From NCBI GenBank assembly GCA_965205485.1, contig OZ242180.1, positions 192,001 to 256,000 on the forward strand: a DNA stretch of 64,000 bases. Reading direction: 5' to 3'. The stretch is from Candidatus Latescibacterota bacterium. GTDB taxonomy: Bacteria; Latescibacterota; UBA2968; GCA-2709665. The position numbers and the translations under genes are program-made. A model generated the notes under the pieces. It was not told the DNA's origin. It did no database searches and saw only the letters and a list, made by a program, of their open reading frames with translations. This document shows positions 9,591-18,813 of this stretch, in pieces. The number at the start of each line of letters is the position of its first letter. The first letter of the stretch is position 1.

Positions 9591-10478
9591 TCAATCCAGA
9601 CGATTCAGAAACTCGTCCAGCCATTCATCGGGGCCTCCGTGCCCGGCGAACCCCGTCTCCACGTCCTCATCGGTATGAGAATCGGACCCGCCGGTGGAGA
9701 ACATCCCGTGGCGTTCGCAATATTCCCGGTATTTCACGGTAAACTCCGGCGGCACGCTCGGGTGGGCGCACTCGATCCCGTCCAGTGAACATTCCACGCG
9801 AAGCGCATCCATCCGTTCCACGTCGTCTTCCCTGAAATAGCCGAACGGGTGCGCGATCGCCACCAGCGCGCCCGCCTCCTTGACGGCCGGCATCGCATCC
9901 CTTACGTGGGGATACGGCGGAAACCGTGTCGCCGCGCCCGCTCGCGCCATCAGGTCCGCATAGTCTTCGGTGCGGTCGATGTAACCCCGCTCCACGCAGT
10001 ACCGCTGGATGACGCCGCCCTTGACGTGCGTGTTTCCCTGCAACTCGATCGTCTTCGACGGTCTGTACGACTTTAAAAGTTCGAGACGTTCCGCATCGGA
10101 GAAATCCAGTCCGATCCCCTGCAGGCCCGCCGATATCGCCGCGCCGTAGTCCCGCTGCCAGTCGTGATACGCCTCGAGTACCCGTACCATCGACGCGGGC
10201 AGTTCCGCGGGAAAGCCATAACACAACAGGTCCACAGACCCGATCGACGTGGTCATGGTCAGTTCAGCCGAGGGTACGACCCGTATCTCCGAATAGCCCG
10301 AAGCAATCTCCAGCACCTCCGGCAGCGAATCCAGAACGTGGTGGTCCGTAATCGTGAAGCACTCGACCCCGAGTTCCCTGGCGCGCTTAAAATGGCTCTC
10401 GGGCTGCGCGAGCGCATCGTAGCTCCAGTACGTGTGCAGATGAAGATCGTATCGCGCTGTCATCTCTGCTTCCTCCAT
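9591..10478 (-). CDS. PHP-domain phosphoesterase
   Basis: DLHLHT, ITDHH, AHP and GGSDSH motifs. Confidence 0.9.
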   Translation of the reverse strand: MEEAEMTARYDLHLHTYWSYDALAQPESHFKRARELGVECFTITDHHVLDSLPEVLEIASGYSEIRVVPSAELTMTTSIGSVDLLCYGFPAELPASMVRVLEAYHDWQRDYGAAISAGLQGIGLDFSDAERLELLKSYRPSKTIELQGNTHVKGGVIQRYCVERGYIDRTEDYADLMARAGAATRFPPYPHVRDAMPAVKEAGALVAIAHPFGYFREDDVERMDALRVECSLDGIECAHPSVPPEFTVKYREYCERHGMFSTGGSDSHTDEDVETGFAGHGGPDEWLDEFLNRLD

Positions 10479-10494
10479 TGACCGTTCCCTCGAT

Positions 10495-11817
10495 TCATTG
10501 GCGGAGAAACCGGTCGAGAACGTTTCTCACGGTTTTCTGCAGAATCGGGTCGACGACCAGGCTGCCTCCAAAGGCGATCGACCCCACCGAGAACACGCCG
10601 CCTCCGCCCGGATGGTCGTAATACGTCATATGGGCCCCGCCCGACCCGTCCCAATCGTACCCGGCATCAGGGTAGACCGCGGATTCTCCCTGTCCCATGT
10701 AGTCTTCCGGGTTGATTCCCCTCGCCAGCACCGTGAGATTGTCCGGAGACCAGCCCTCTCTCACCTGGTCCGCCTCCCAGCCGCTCGCCGCGCCCCCATT
10801 GATGCCCTTTTCGCCGATCAGGTCCCCGTCTTTCAGACCGAGGCCCTCGAATATCCAGTGCGACGCGGCCTCCACCCGGTACGGCGCGAACGTCATGTAT
10901 CCCGGCCGCAGATACCCCACACCCAGCACGGCGTGTTCGGGCCGGCCAAGATTTCGCCAGAGCCCTCCCTCCTCGCCATTCTGGTAATGCGGCTTGCCGT
11001 CCTTCCGGATTTCCATGGTCCGGCAGGTGGAATCCCAGGTCACCTTCCAGTAAACGCCGTTACCCGACAGATAGAGCAGGTTCCCGCCCGCGTCCAGCCA
11101 GGCGTCCAGGTGGTCCCGCATCGGCTCCGACCAGTACTCGCTGTGCGTATTGATCACGAGCGCGCCGTAGTCCGCCAGCCAGTCCCGGCCGCGATGCAGA
11201 TCGAGGTCCGAATAGACGTCGACCGCGTAGCCGCACGCCGCCAGCCAGTCCAGGATCCACATTTCGGCCCGCAACAGATGGCTTCTGCCCTCTCCTTCGG
11301 GGGTCGCGGTGGGCATGGGACGGTCCAGGCTGAGCGCCACGGGCTGTGGCTCGCTGTATGCGGACTTGCCCCCCCAACCGTTGTACGCGTTCCACGTATT
11401 GGTCGAGGCAAGAACCGCCACGTCGCCCTTTCGGCGAAACCGGGGCTTGATAACGAACGGAACGTGAAACGTCGCCCCACGTTCATCGACGAACTCCGCA
11501 GTGTAGATCCACGACCGCGTTTCCTCCGGCACAATCCAGTAGAAATCCGACTCCCAGTCGCAGCCGTGCTCCCAAGCCCTGTCGGGACACGCCTGCATTC
11601 TTCCTCGCATCCCCTTCAACTGACCGATTTCTACGTTCGACTTGCCCGCGCTGCGGAAGGAAACGTCGTATCTGCGCGCGTTCGTAGTCATCCTGAACGC
11701 CATATTGTCGTCGGGCGACGCGCTCAGCCGGGAAGCGTAGCCCTGCATTCTGCTGACGTCGGGAGGAGGATGAACCGCGGGGACGATGCCGTGCGAATTC
11801 CGGGTATCCTTCTTCAT
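10495..11817 (-). CDS. N,N-dimethylformamidase beta-subunit family protein
   Basis: STNTWNAYNGWGG, HSEYWS, LSGNGVYW, GWEAD and GGVFSVGSIAF motifs. Confidence 0.8.
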   Translation of the reverse strand: MKKDTRNSHGIVPAVHPPPDVSRMQGYASRLSASPDDNMAFRMTTNARRYDVSFRSAGKSNVEIGQLKGMRGRMQACPDRAWEHGCDWESDFYWIVPEETRSWIYTAEFVDERGATFHVPFVIKPRFRRKGDVAVLASTNTWNAYNGWGGKSAYSEPQPVALSLDRPMPTATPEGEGRSHLLRAEMWILDWLAACGYAVDVYSDLDLHRGRDWLADYGALVINTHSEYWSEPMRDHLDAWLDAGGNLLYLSGNGVYWKVTWDSTCRTMEIRKDGKPHYQNGEEGGLWRNLGRPEHAVLGVGYLRPGYMTFAPYRVEAASHWIFEGLGLKDGDLIGEKGINGGAASGWEADQVREGWSPDNLTVLARGINPEDYMGQGESAVYPDAGYDWDGSGGAHMTYYDHPGGGGVFSVGSIAFGGSLVVDPILQKTVRNVLDRFLRQ

Positions 11818-11827
11818 CTCGGGTCCC

Positions 11828-12862
11828 CTATCTGTACCGGGCCTTCATCGCCTGTCCCCGCTTCGCGCTCTTCGCGGCGAGGTCCAGAATGTGGATCGGC
11901 CTCCTCGCCCATTCGGGCGTAATCACCAGGGTCTCATCTTCAGTCAGGTGCCGGGCGATATTGTCGTAGAACGCCTCCCAGCGGCTGGGCATATTGGCGC
12001 CTTTCGTTACCACCTTCTCGTCTCCGAGTTGACGGATCATCTCGTAGGTGCGACCGTCGAAGATGTATGTGCCTCCGGTTCCCGAGATCTCCAGTTGCCC
12101 CTGTCGGGGATTGCTCTCGAGCGAGGAGACGGTCAGGCTCAGCCATGCGCCGTTTTCGAACCGGACCACCGCGCACGCCACGTCTTCGTTCGTATCGTCT
12201 TTCCACGGCGTTTCGCCGGCCCAGAAGCCCGTCTTTGCGTACCCGGAGACCTCGACGACGGCCGAGGGTACGATCTGGAGCCCGTACTCCAGCAGGTGCA
12301 CCCCCCAATCGTACATGACGCCCCCGGAAATCGACCGGCTGCTCCGCCACCAGTCTCCGGGGTGACCGTATCCGCCGATCCGGGCGTCGACGCGGTAGAT
12401 TTCGCCGATCGCCCTCTCCTCGTGAAGGTGCTTCAGCGCTTCCAGGACACAGCCGTCCCAGTGCCGGTTGTGGTACGCGGTGACCAGCAGGTCCCGCGAC
12501 GCGGCTTCGCGAATCATGGCGTCGCATTCTTCTGTCGTAATGGCGAAGGGCTTTTCACTGATGACGTGACGCCCCCCGCGGAGGCACTGCAGGGCCAGCT
12601 CCGCGTGGGTGTTGTGCGGCGTAATCAGCACGACCAGGTTCACGTCTGACTCTCGCAGCATTTCATCGACGGTGGGGTACAATTCGACACCGGGAAAATC
12701 CTTTCCCGCCGCGTCCAGCCGCTCCGGATCCGTCTCCGCCACCGCGCAAGGCGACATGCCCGCTTTCCGCGTATCGGTGAGATGCCTCCGGCCCATATCA
12801 AAGGCCGCGCCGTATCCGACCACGCCGGTCCTGACGTCGGACGCCCGTTCGAAATGCGCCAT
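11828..12862 (-). CDS. Gfo/Idh/MocA family oxidoreductase
   Basis: GVVGYG, TPHNTH, SEKP, YHNRHWD and GGVMYDWGVH motifs. Confidence 0.92.
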   Translation of the reverse strand: MAHFERASDVRTGVVGYGAAFDMGRRHLTDTRKAGMSPCAVAETDPERLDAAGKDFPGVELYPTVDEMLRESDVNLVVLITPHNTHAELALQCLRGGRHVISEKPFAITTEECDAMIREAASRDLLVTAYHNRHWDGCVLEALKHLHEERAIGEIYRVDARIGGYGHPGDWWRSSRSISGGVMYDWGVHLLEYGLQIVPSAVVEVSGYAKTGFWAGETPWKDDTNEDVACAVVRFENGAWLSLTVSSLESNPRQGQLEISGTGGTYIFDGRTYEMIRQLGDEKVVTKGANMPSRWEAFYDNIARHLTEDETLVITPEWARRPIHILDLAAKSAKRGQAMKARYR

Positions 12863-13028
12863 CAATTGGCCCGTAGACGTGGAACTACGTCACACATCAA
12901 AGACGAGTCCCGGCATCTGAACACGCCGGGACTTCGATATACATTGTTGAGCACAATTATCATCCGACATTACACCTGTCCGAAATCGTCTTTTCCAACA
13001 GCTATCACGACTTGATCCACCTGCAACC

Positions 13029-13176
13029 GGAGCGAGGGCATCCTGCCCTCGAACGTCGCGTCACCTACCCCTACTCGCGTCGAGAGACCGACGGGTCCAT
13101 TCAATCCGACACCGGTTCACGGAAAACACCGTGGGCGACGAGTTATCCGATGTCGAGGGCAGGATGCCCTCGCTCC
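13029..13176. repeat. REPIN-like doublet: perfect 24-bp inverted REP pair (family A) around a 100-bp spacer
   Basis: GGAGCGAGGGCATCCTGCCCTCGA (13029-13052) and its exact reverse complement (13153-13176). Confidence 0.85.
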
Positions 13177-13427
13177 CGGGAACGCCAACCGCACCGGTCA
13201 CAAATCGGTTTCTGTCCTGGACAGCCGTGGCCAAAAGAGGGGGACTTGCATTGGCACTTCGAAACAACTCTCAAGAAAACCAGGTACTTACGTATCCAAG
13301 ATCGTCTTTTGCAAACTATCTTGGACAGCAGTGGTCCGGCATCTAAACTTAATCCGAAAAAAGGCAACGGCAAAACTTACCACAAAAAGCCTGAATGCGG
13401 GGCCGGGGGGAGAGGTCCCGAAGGCGG

Positions 13428-16316
13428 TCAGGATCCATCGGTTTTGTCCGGAGGACTTCCGTCTCCGTCAGGTGGACCGCCCTCCGCCTCTTCAGGGTAG
13501 AGCACGAAACGCGCATAGTTCTCCATATTGAAATGCTTCCGCGCGGCGTCCCGGATGATATCGGACGTCAGACCGTCCACCAGATCGTCGTGATTAAGGA
13601 TGTTGGTGGGATCCAGTCCCAGCCAATAGTTGGACGAGAGCGTCCGTCGCCAGAATCCGTTTTCCTTCAGCGCCGCTTCCCGCGCGCGCCGGTCCGCCTC
13701 CTGGACTTTCTCGATATTGGTATCCGATGCGCCGAACAGCTTGAGACTGTCGATCTGGGCGAAAACCGCCCGCGTCAGCTGTTCGACGCTGTCGGGCGCG
13801 CAGCCGAAGCTGATCCGGATACGGTACCGCTGTTCGGGATAGCGAGACGTTGACAAGCCCACGCCCACGCCGTAGGTCCCGCCCATCTCTTCCCTCAGGA
13901 CCTCGCGAAGCCTGAATCGGAGTACGTCGATTGCCGACCCCAGGTTGTAACTGTTTTTCCGGCTCCATTCGAAGGGCCCGGTGAAGACAATCCGATTGCT
14001 GCTCTTCGGTTCCAGCCCCCTGTGGACGGTTTTTTCGATGACGCCCCGGGGAGGCCGGATACCCACGTCGCGCCACGTCTCGTTTCGCCGCGTTGCGGGC
14101 AGCCCGCCCAGGTAGGTCTTTACGAGCGGACGGATGCCGTCCGGATCGACGTTGCCGACGAAGAAGAACGTGAAATCGCTCGCGTCGGCGAACCGATCCT
14201 TGTAAATCTCGAACGAACGATCCAGGTTCATTTCATCCAGAAGCGCTTCCGACCACACCCGCGCCCGATGGTGGTACTGCGCCATCGTGACCTGAATCGT
14301 ATCGCCGAATGCCGCCCCCGGGCTGGCGCTGCGGTTTTCCAGCGATCCGCGGATGCGCTGCACGTAGGCCAGAAACGCCTCGGGGTCCTTTCGCGGCGCC
14401 GTAAACGTCAGGTAAACCAGCTGAAACATCGTCTCCAGATCTTTCAGCGATGCGCTGCCGCGAACGCCCTCCCTCAGTTCTCCGATCCACGGGGACACGC
14501 GCACCACTTTTCCTGCCAGCTTCTTCTCCAGTCCGATCGCATTGAAGGTACCCAGGCCCCCCTCCTGAACGACGGCCGACGCGGTCGCGGCCGCAAGATA
14601 GTCCCCGTCTGAAACCAGCCCGTGTCCGCCGGGGCTGAACGCGGAGAACAGCACCTCGTCGTTCTTGAAATCGGTCGGCTTCAGCACGACCCGCACCCCG
14701 TTCGACAGCGTCCATTCGGTCACGTCCAGCTCAGCGATCTTCTTCTCCGCGACGATTTCTCCAGGCGTTGGCGCCGCCTCGACGAGCGGCCGGGCCGAGG
14801 CCGCGTCTTCGTAGGGCTCGACCTCCATCTCGTCGACCCGTGCGATGACCCCCGTGAGTTCCTCTTCGGTGGGCATCGTCACGCCCTGCTTATCCGGACC
14901 GTCGACCAGAACCACGCGGTTATGCCCGGTGATCCACTCGCCGGCGAGGCGGTTCACCTCGGTCAGCCGGATTCCCGGGACCATCTCCTGGAACATCCTG
15001 TATTCATGATCGATTCCAGGAATCGGCTCACCCGTCAGAAAATGACGGATATACTCGGACGCATATCTGCGGGAACGGACCTTGTCCCGCTCCGCGTAAG
15101 CACGCTCCATCCCCCGGAGCGCCTCGGTTTTCTCGCGGTCGAGTTCCGACTGAGTAAACCCGTGCAGGCGCACCCTTCTGGCTTCCGTGAGTACGGCCTC
15201 CAGCCCCCGCGGAATCCCACCCTCTCGGACGACGGCGCCCTGCAGGTAGAACTCGCTTGTCCGGATGAATCGCCCCTGGCTGGAGTACGCGAACAGAAAA
15301 GGCGCGTCCGGTTTTTTCGTCAGTTCACGCAGCCGCGCGTTCAGCATCCTGTTGTACAGGGACTCGACGATGTTCTGGCGATAGGCCCCGGCCGAGTCCT
15401 GTTCCCGCACGGGTTGCTTGTAATAGATGGAAACGTTCGTTCTCGTCGCCTCCGGATCGGTGGCGATGGCGAACAGGGTCTCCTCGTGCCCCGGCAGCGG
15501 ATACAGCGTCCGCTTTCTGGGTTGGCTCGCCGCGGGAATCCGCCCGAAATGTTCCTGGATCAGCCCCTCGATCCATGCCGTTTCGAAATCACCCACGGCA
15601 ATGACGGACATCAGGTCCGGGCGGTACCACTCCCGATAGAACCGCTTCATCGCCTCGTGCCTGAAGGTATCCAGCACGGCCTTCTTCCCGATGGGCAGCC
15701 TATTCGCGTAGCGGGAGCCCTTGAGCAGGATCGGGAACTGCTTGTCGCGCAGCCGGGCGCCCGCGCCCCGGCCCAGGCGCCATTCCTCGATCACCACGCC
15801 TCGCTCCTTGTCGATCTCCTCCCCATCAAACAGAATGCCCGATGCCCAGTCCTCCAGAATCTGGAACCCCTGCGTCACAATCAGCGCGCTGTCCGTGGGC
15901 ACCTGAAGCATGTACACCGTCTCGTCGAAGCTGGTGTACGCATTCAGGTCGGGCCCGAATCGCATGCCGATCGATTCCAGGTAATTCACCAGGTCCAGTT
16001 TCGGGAAATTCCGGGTCCCGTTGAACGCCATATGTTCCACGAAGTGAGCCAGACCCTGCTGGTCCTCGTCTTCCAGAATCGAACCCGCGTTCACCACCAG
16101 CCGCAACTCGGCGCGGTTCTCCGGCCGCCGGTTCTCCCGGATGATATACCGGATGCCGTTGGGAAGCGTGCCAAGCGTCACATTCGGATCCACCGGCAGT
16201 CTCGCCGGGGGAGGCGGCGGCGCAACAGCCTGCGGCGGAGCGGCCTTCTGCGGCGCGGCACATGCGCCGAAAAGGATGAGAGAGAACAGGAGAGGAAACC
16301 GCAGCGCGTGTTTCAT
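13428..16316 (-). CDS. M16 family zinc peptidase (PqqL-like) lipoprotein
   Basis: Start MKHALRF with lipobox FGAC, HFVEH inverted zincin motif, NAYTSFDETVY. Confidence 0.92.
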   Translation of the reverse strand: MKHALRFPLLFSLILFGACAAPQKAAPPQAVAPPPPPARLPVDPNVTLGTLPNGIRYIIRENRRPENRAELRLVVNAGSILEDEDQQGLAHFVEHMAFNGTRNFPKLDLVNYLESIGMRFGPDLNAYTSFDETVYMLQVPTDSALIVTQGFQILEDWASGILFDGEEIDKERGVVIEEWRLGRGAGARLRDKQFPILLKGSRYANRLPIGKKAVLDTFRHEAMKRFYREWYRPDLMSVIAVGDFETAWIEGLIQEHFGRIPAASQPRKRTLYPLPGHEETLFAIATDPEATRTNVSIYYKQPVREQDSAGAYRQNIVESLYNRMLNARLRELTKKPDAPFLFAYSSQGRFIRTSEFYLQGAVVREGGIPRGLEAVLTEARRVRLHGFTQSELDREKTEALRGMERAYAERDKVRSRRYASEYIRHFLTGEPIPGIDHEYRMFQEMVPGIRLTEVNRLAGEWITGHNRVVLVDGPDKQGVTMPTEEELTGVIARVDEMEVEPYEDAASARPLVEAAPTPGEIVAEKKIAELDVTEWTLSNGVRVVLKPTDFKNDEVLFSAFSPGGHGLVSDGDYLAAATASAVVQEGGLGTFNAIGLEKKLAGKVVRVSPWIGELREGVRGSASLKDLETMFQLVYLTFTAPRKDPEAFLAYVQRIRGSLENRSASPGAAFGDTIQVTMAQYHHRARVWSEALLDEMNLDRSFEIYKDRFADASDFTFFFVGNVDPDGIRPLVKTYLGGLPATRRNETWRDVGIRPPRGVIEKTVHRGLEPKSSNRIVFTGPFEWSRKNSYNLGSAIDVLRFRLREVLREEMGGTYGVGVGLSTSRYPEQRYRIRISFGCAPDSVEQLTRAVFAQIDSLKLFGASDTNIEKVQEADRRAREAALKENGFWRRTLSSNYWLGLDPTNILNHDDLVDGLTSDIIRDAARKHFNMENYARFVLYPEEAEGGPPDGDGSPPDKTDGS

Positions 16317-16326
16317 CGAAAGGACC

Positions 16327-17671
16327 TCAGCTTTGGGGAGTCCACGTCTCGGCGAGGGGTCGATGGGTGAACGCCTTCGCGTCTTCGCCGAGATAATCTC
16401 CGGCAATCTGCCCGTTCCCCTCGATGATGTATTTGTAGATGACAAGGCCCTCCAGCCCTACGGGACCCCGGCTGTGCAGCCTGTTGGTGCTGATGCCCAC
16501 CTCGGCGCCCAGACCGTAGCGGAACCCGTCGGCAAAACGGGTCGACGCGTTGTGCAGCGTGGACGCGGAATCCACCTCGCGCAGAAACCGGGACGCCGCA
16601 GCCCTGTCTTCCGTGACGATCGTATCGGTGTGATTGCTGCTGTAGCGGTTGATATGATCGACCGCTTCCCGAACGCCGTTCACCACTTTGACGGAAATCA
16701 CCATGTCAAGATATTCCGTACCCCAGTCCTCCTCTGTCGCCCGCGGCAGCTCATCTCCCGCCAGCGTTCGCGTCAGATCGTCGCCCCGCACATCGACGCC
16801 GTTCCGCTGGTAGATTCCCGACCATCTCCGGCAGGAATTCACCCGCAATATCTCTGTCAACAAGCAGGGTTTCAGCCGCGTTGCACCCTGAGGGATTCTG
16901 GGTCTTGGCGTCCAGACAGATCCGCTTCGCCTTCTCGATGTCCGCCGCCGCATGCACGTACACGTGGCAGATGCCGTCGGCGTGCCCCATCACCGGAATC
17001 CGGGTATTCCGCATAATGTACTGAACCAATTCGTTGCCGCCCCGGGGGATGATGAGATCGATCAGATGGTGAAGGTCCAGAATTGCCTGCACGTCCTCAC
17101 GCGCCTCCATCAGATGCATCCAGCCGTCCGGAATGCCGGGCAGGCCGCGCGTGGAGCCGATGAGGACGCGTGCCAGCGCGCGGTTGGTATGAAACGCCTC
17201 GCTGCCGCCCTTGAGCAGCACCGCATTGCCCGACTTCAGGCAAAGCGTGGCGATCTGCACGAGCGCGTCAGGCCGCGATTCGAAAACGATCCCCAGGACA
17301 CCGATCGGTACAGATACTTTGTACATTTTCAACCCCTGGTCCATCTCGGTTGCGGCCAGCGTCCGGCCAATGGGGTCCTCCTGTGCTTTCACGCTGCGCA
17401 CACCCGGGATGATTTCGTTGCGCAGCTTGACCTCATCCGTCTTCAGCCGCCCCACCAGCGCGCCCGTCAGCCTGCCTTCGGTCAGCAGGACCTCCGCGGC
17501 TTCCAGATCCCTCCGGTTCGCCTCCAGTATGGCGCCCGCGTTGGCTTCCAGTCCCTTCGCGATTGCCTCCAGCGCCCCGTTTCGTTCCTTCTCGGATGCA
17601 TTGCTCAATTGCAATGCCGCAGCCCGGGCGCCCTCGGCTCTTGATCGAATTTCGTCTGACACTTCCAACAT
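16327..17671 (-). pseudogene. proA: Gamma-glutamyl phosphate reductase, frameshifted (+1 nt near 16817-16819)
   Basis: 5' ORF has FESRPD, LKGGSEA, IPRGG, GICHVYV and CNAAETLL. 3' ORF has [22 protein letters not shown] and RGPVGL. Removing one G from GTC GGG AAT joins the two as ...EMVGIYQRNG... Confidence 0.88.
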
Positions 17672-17713
17672 CCTCCTTCGTTACCGGCTGACAGATTCGA
17701 CAGTCCGAGCCCC

Positions 17714-18757
17714 CTACAGTTCGAGGCCCACCTTCCGCCCCGTTTCCACAATTTGCGCCCAGGTGGCATCGGGCACGGGAATGCCGGACTGCGATCGCTC
17801 CTTCCGGGTGCGCCACGAACGCTCTCCCGGCACCAGCACCTCGTCCGACCCCGGCGCCGGTTCGGCGGACTTCACGTAGTCGACGAACCGCTTTACCTCC
17901 GCCTTGAAATCCTCAAGCGGCTGAAACGCTTCGATGTCAATTGCCTGCACAAAAAGCGCGTTGCCGGTCACTTCAGAGTTTTCTCGTGAACAACCGGCAG
18001 GCGACAAGGCGCCCGAGAGAATATCGATCACGAAGGCCAGCCCGTATCCCTTGTGGGCTACGGGGCCGCCGAATGGAAGCAGCGCGCCCTTCGGCTCCGT
18101 CATATACACCCGCGGATCGTTCGTGGGATAGCCCTCGTGGTCGATCATCCACCCGTCCGGCATCCGTTCGCCCTTCGCCAGCGTCACGCGAACTTTGCCT
18201 CCGGCAGCCACCGCGGTTGTGAAGTCCAGTGCGATCGGATATTCGCCGGCGGACGGACACGCGACCGCCAGGCAGTTCGCGGGGAGTATTCTCCCGATCC
18301 CGCCCGACGGGGGCATCGCCAGATCGGCCCCGTGTCCGTTGTTCGCCAGCATGCCGATCATGTCCGCTTCCGCGGCGAGCGGCGTAAAGGCGCCCAGCCG
18401 GCCGACGTGGTTGCACCTGTGGACCGTAACCAGCCCGACCGAGGCCTCGCAAGCCTTGCGGATGGCCGCCTTCATCGCGGCAACCGCGGTTACGTGCCCG
18501 AACCCCCAGTTCCCGTTCAACACAGCCGTAGCGGGCGTTTCCCTTTCCACCTCGACCACCGCGCCCGGAACGATCTGTCCGGACTCCACCCCCGCGACGT
18601 ACTGCGGCAGACGCTGCATACCGTGCGAGTCGTGGCCGGACAGGCTGGACTCCACCAGCTGCCCCGCGACCGTTTCCGCTTCTTCGGGCGTGGCGCCCAC
18701 GCGCTCATAGATCTCCCGCCCGATTCGTCGCAGTTCGGCGGCGGAAAAAACCGGCAT
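17714..18757 (-). CDS. Ldh_2 family oxidoreductase (malate/L-lactate/sulfolactate dehydrogenase-like)
   Basis: GHDSHG, NHVGRLG, HKGYGL and VPGE motifs. Start MPVFS. Confidence 0.9.
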   Translation of the reverse strand: MPVFSAAELRRIGREIYERVGATPEEAETVAGQLVESSLSGHDSHGMQRLPQYVAGVESGQIVPGAVVEVERETPATAVLNGNWGFGHVTAVAAMKAAIRKACEASVGLVTVHRCNHVGRLGAFTPLAAEADMIGMLANNGHGADLAMPPSGGIGRILPANCLAVACPSAGEYPIALDFTTAVAAGGKVRVTLAKGERMPDGWMIDHEGYPTNDPRVYMTEPKGALLPFGGPVAHKGYGLAFVIDILSGALSPAGCSRENSEVTGNALFVQAIDIEAFQPLEDFKAEVKRFVDYVKSAEPAPGSDEVLVPGERSWRTRKERSQSGIPVPDATWAQIVETGRKVGLEL

Positions 18758-18813
18758 ACCAGTACCCCTCGATGGGAATTTACTGCCCGTTCGGTGTCTT
18801 CTATCGCGCATCT

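Noticed and set aside
16790..16830. Programmed ribosomal frameshift in proA
   Set aside because: No canonical slippery heptamer is present and I know of no recoding in proA. An indel is simpler.
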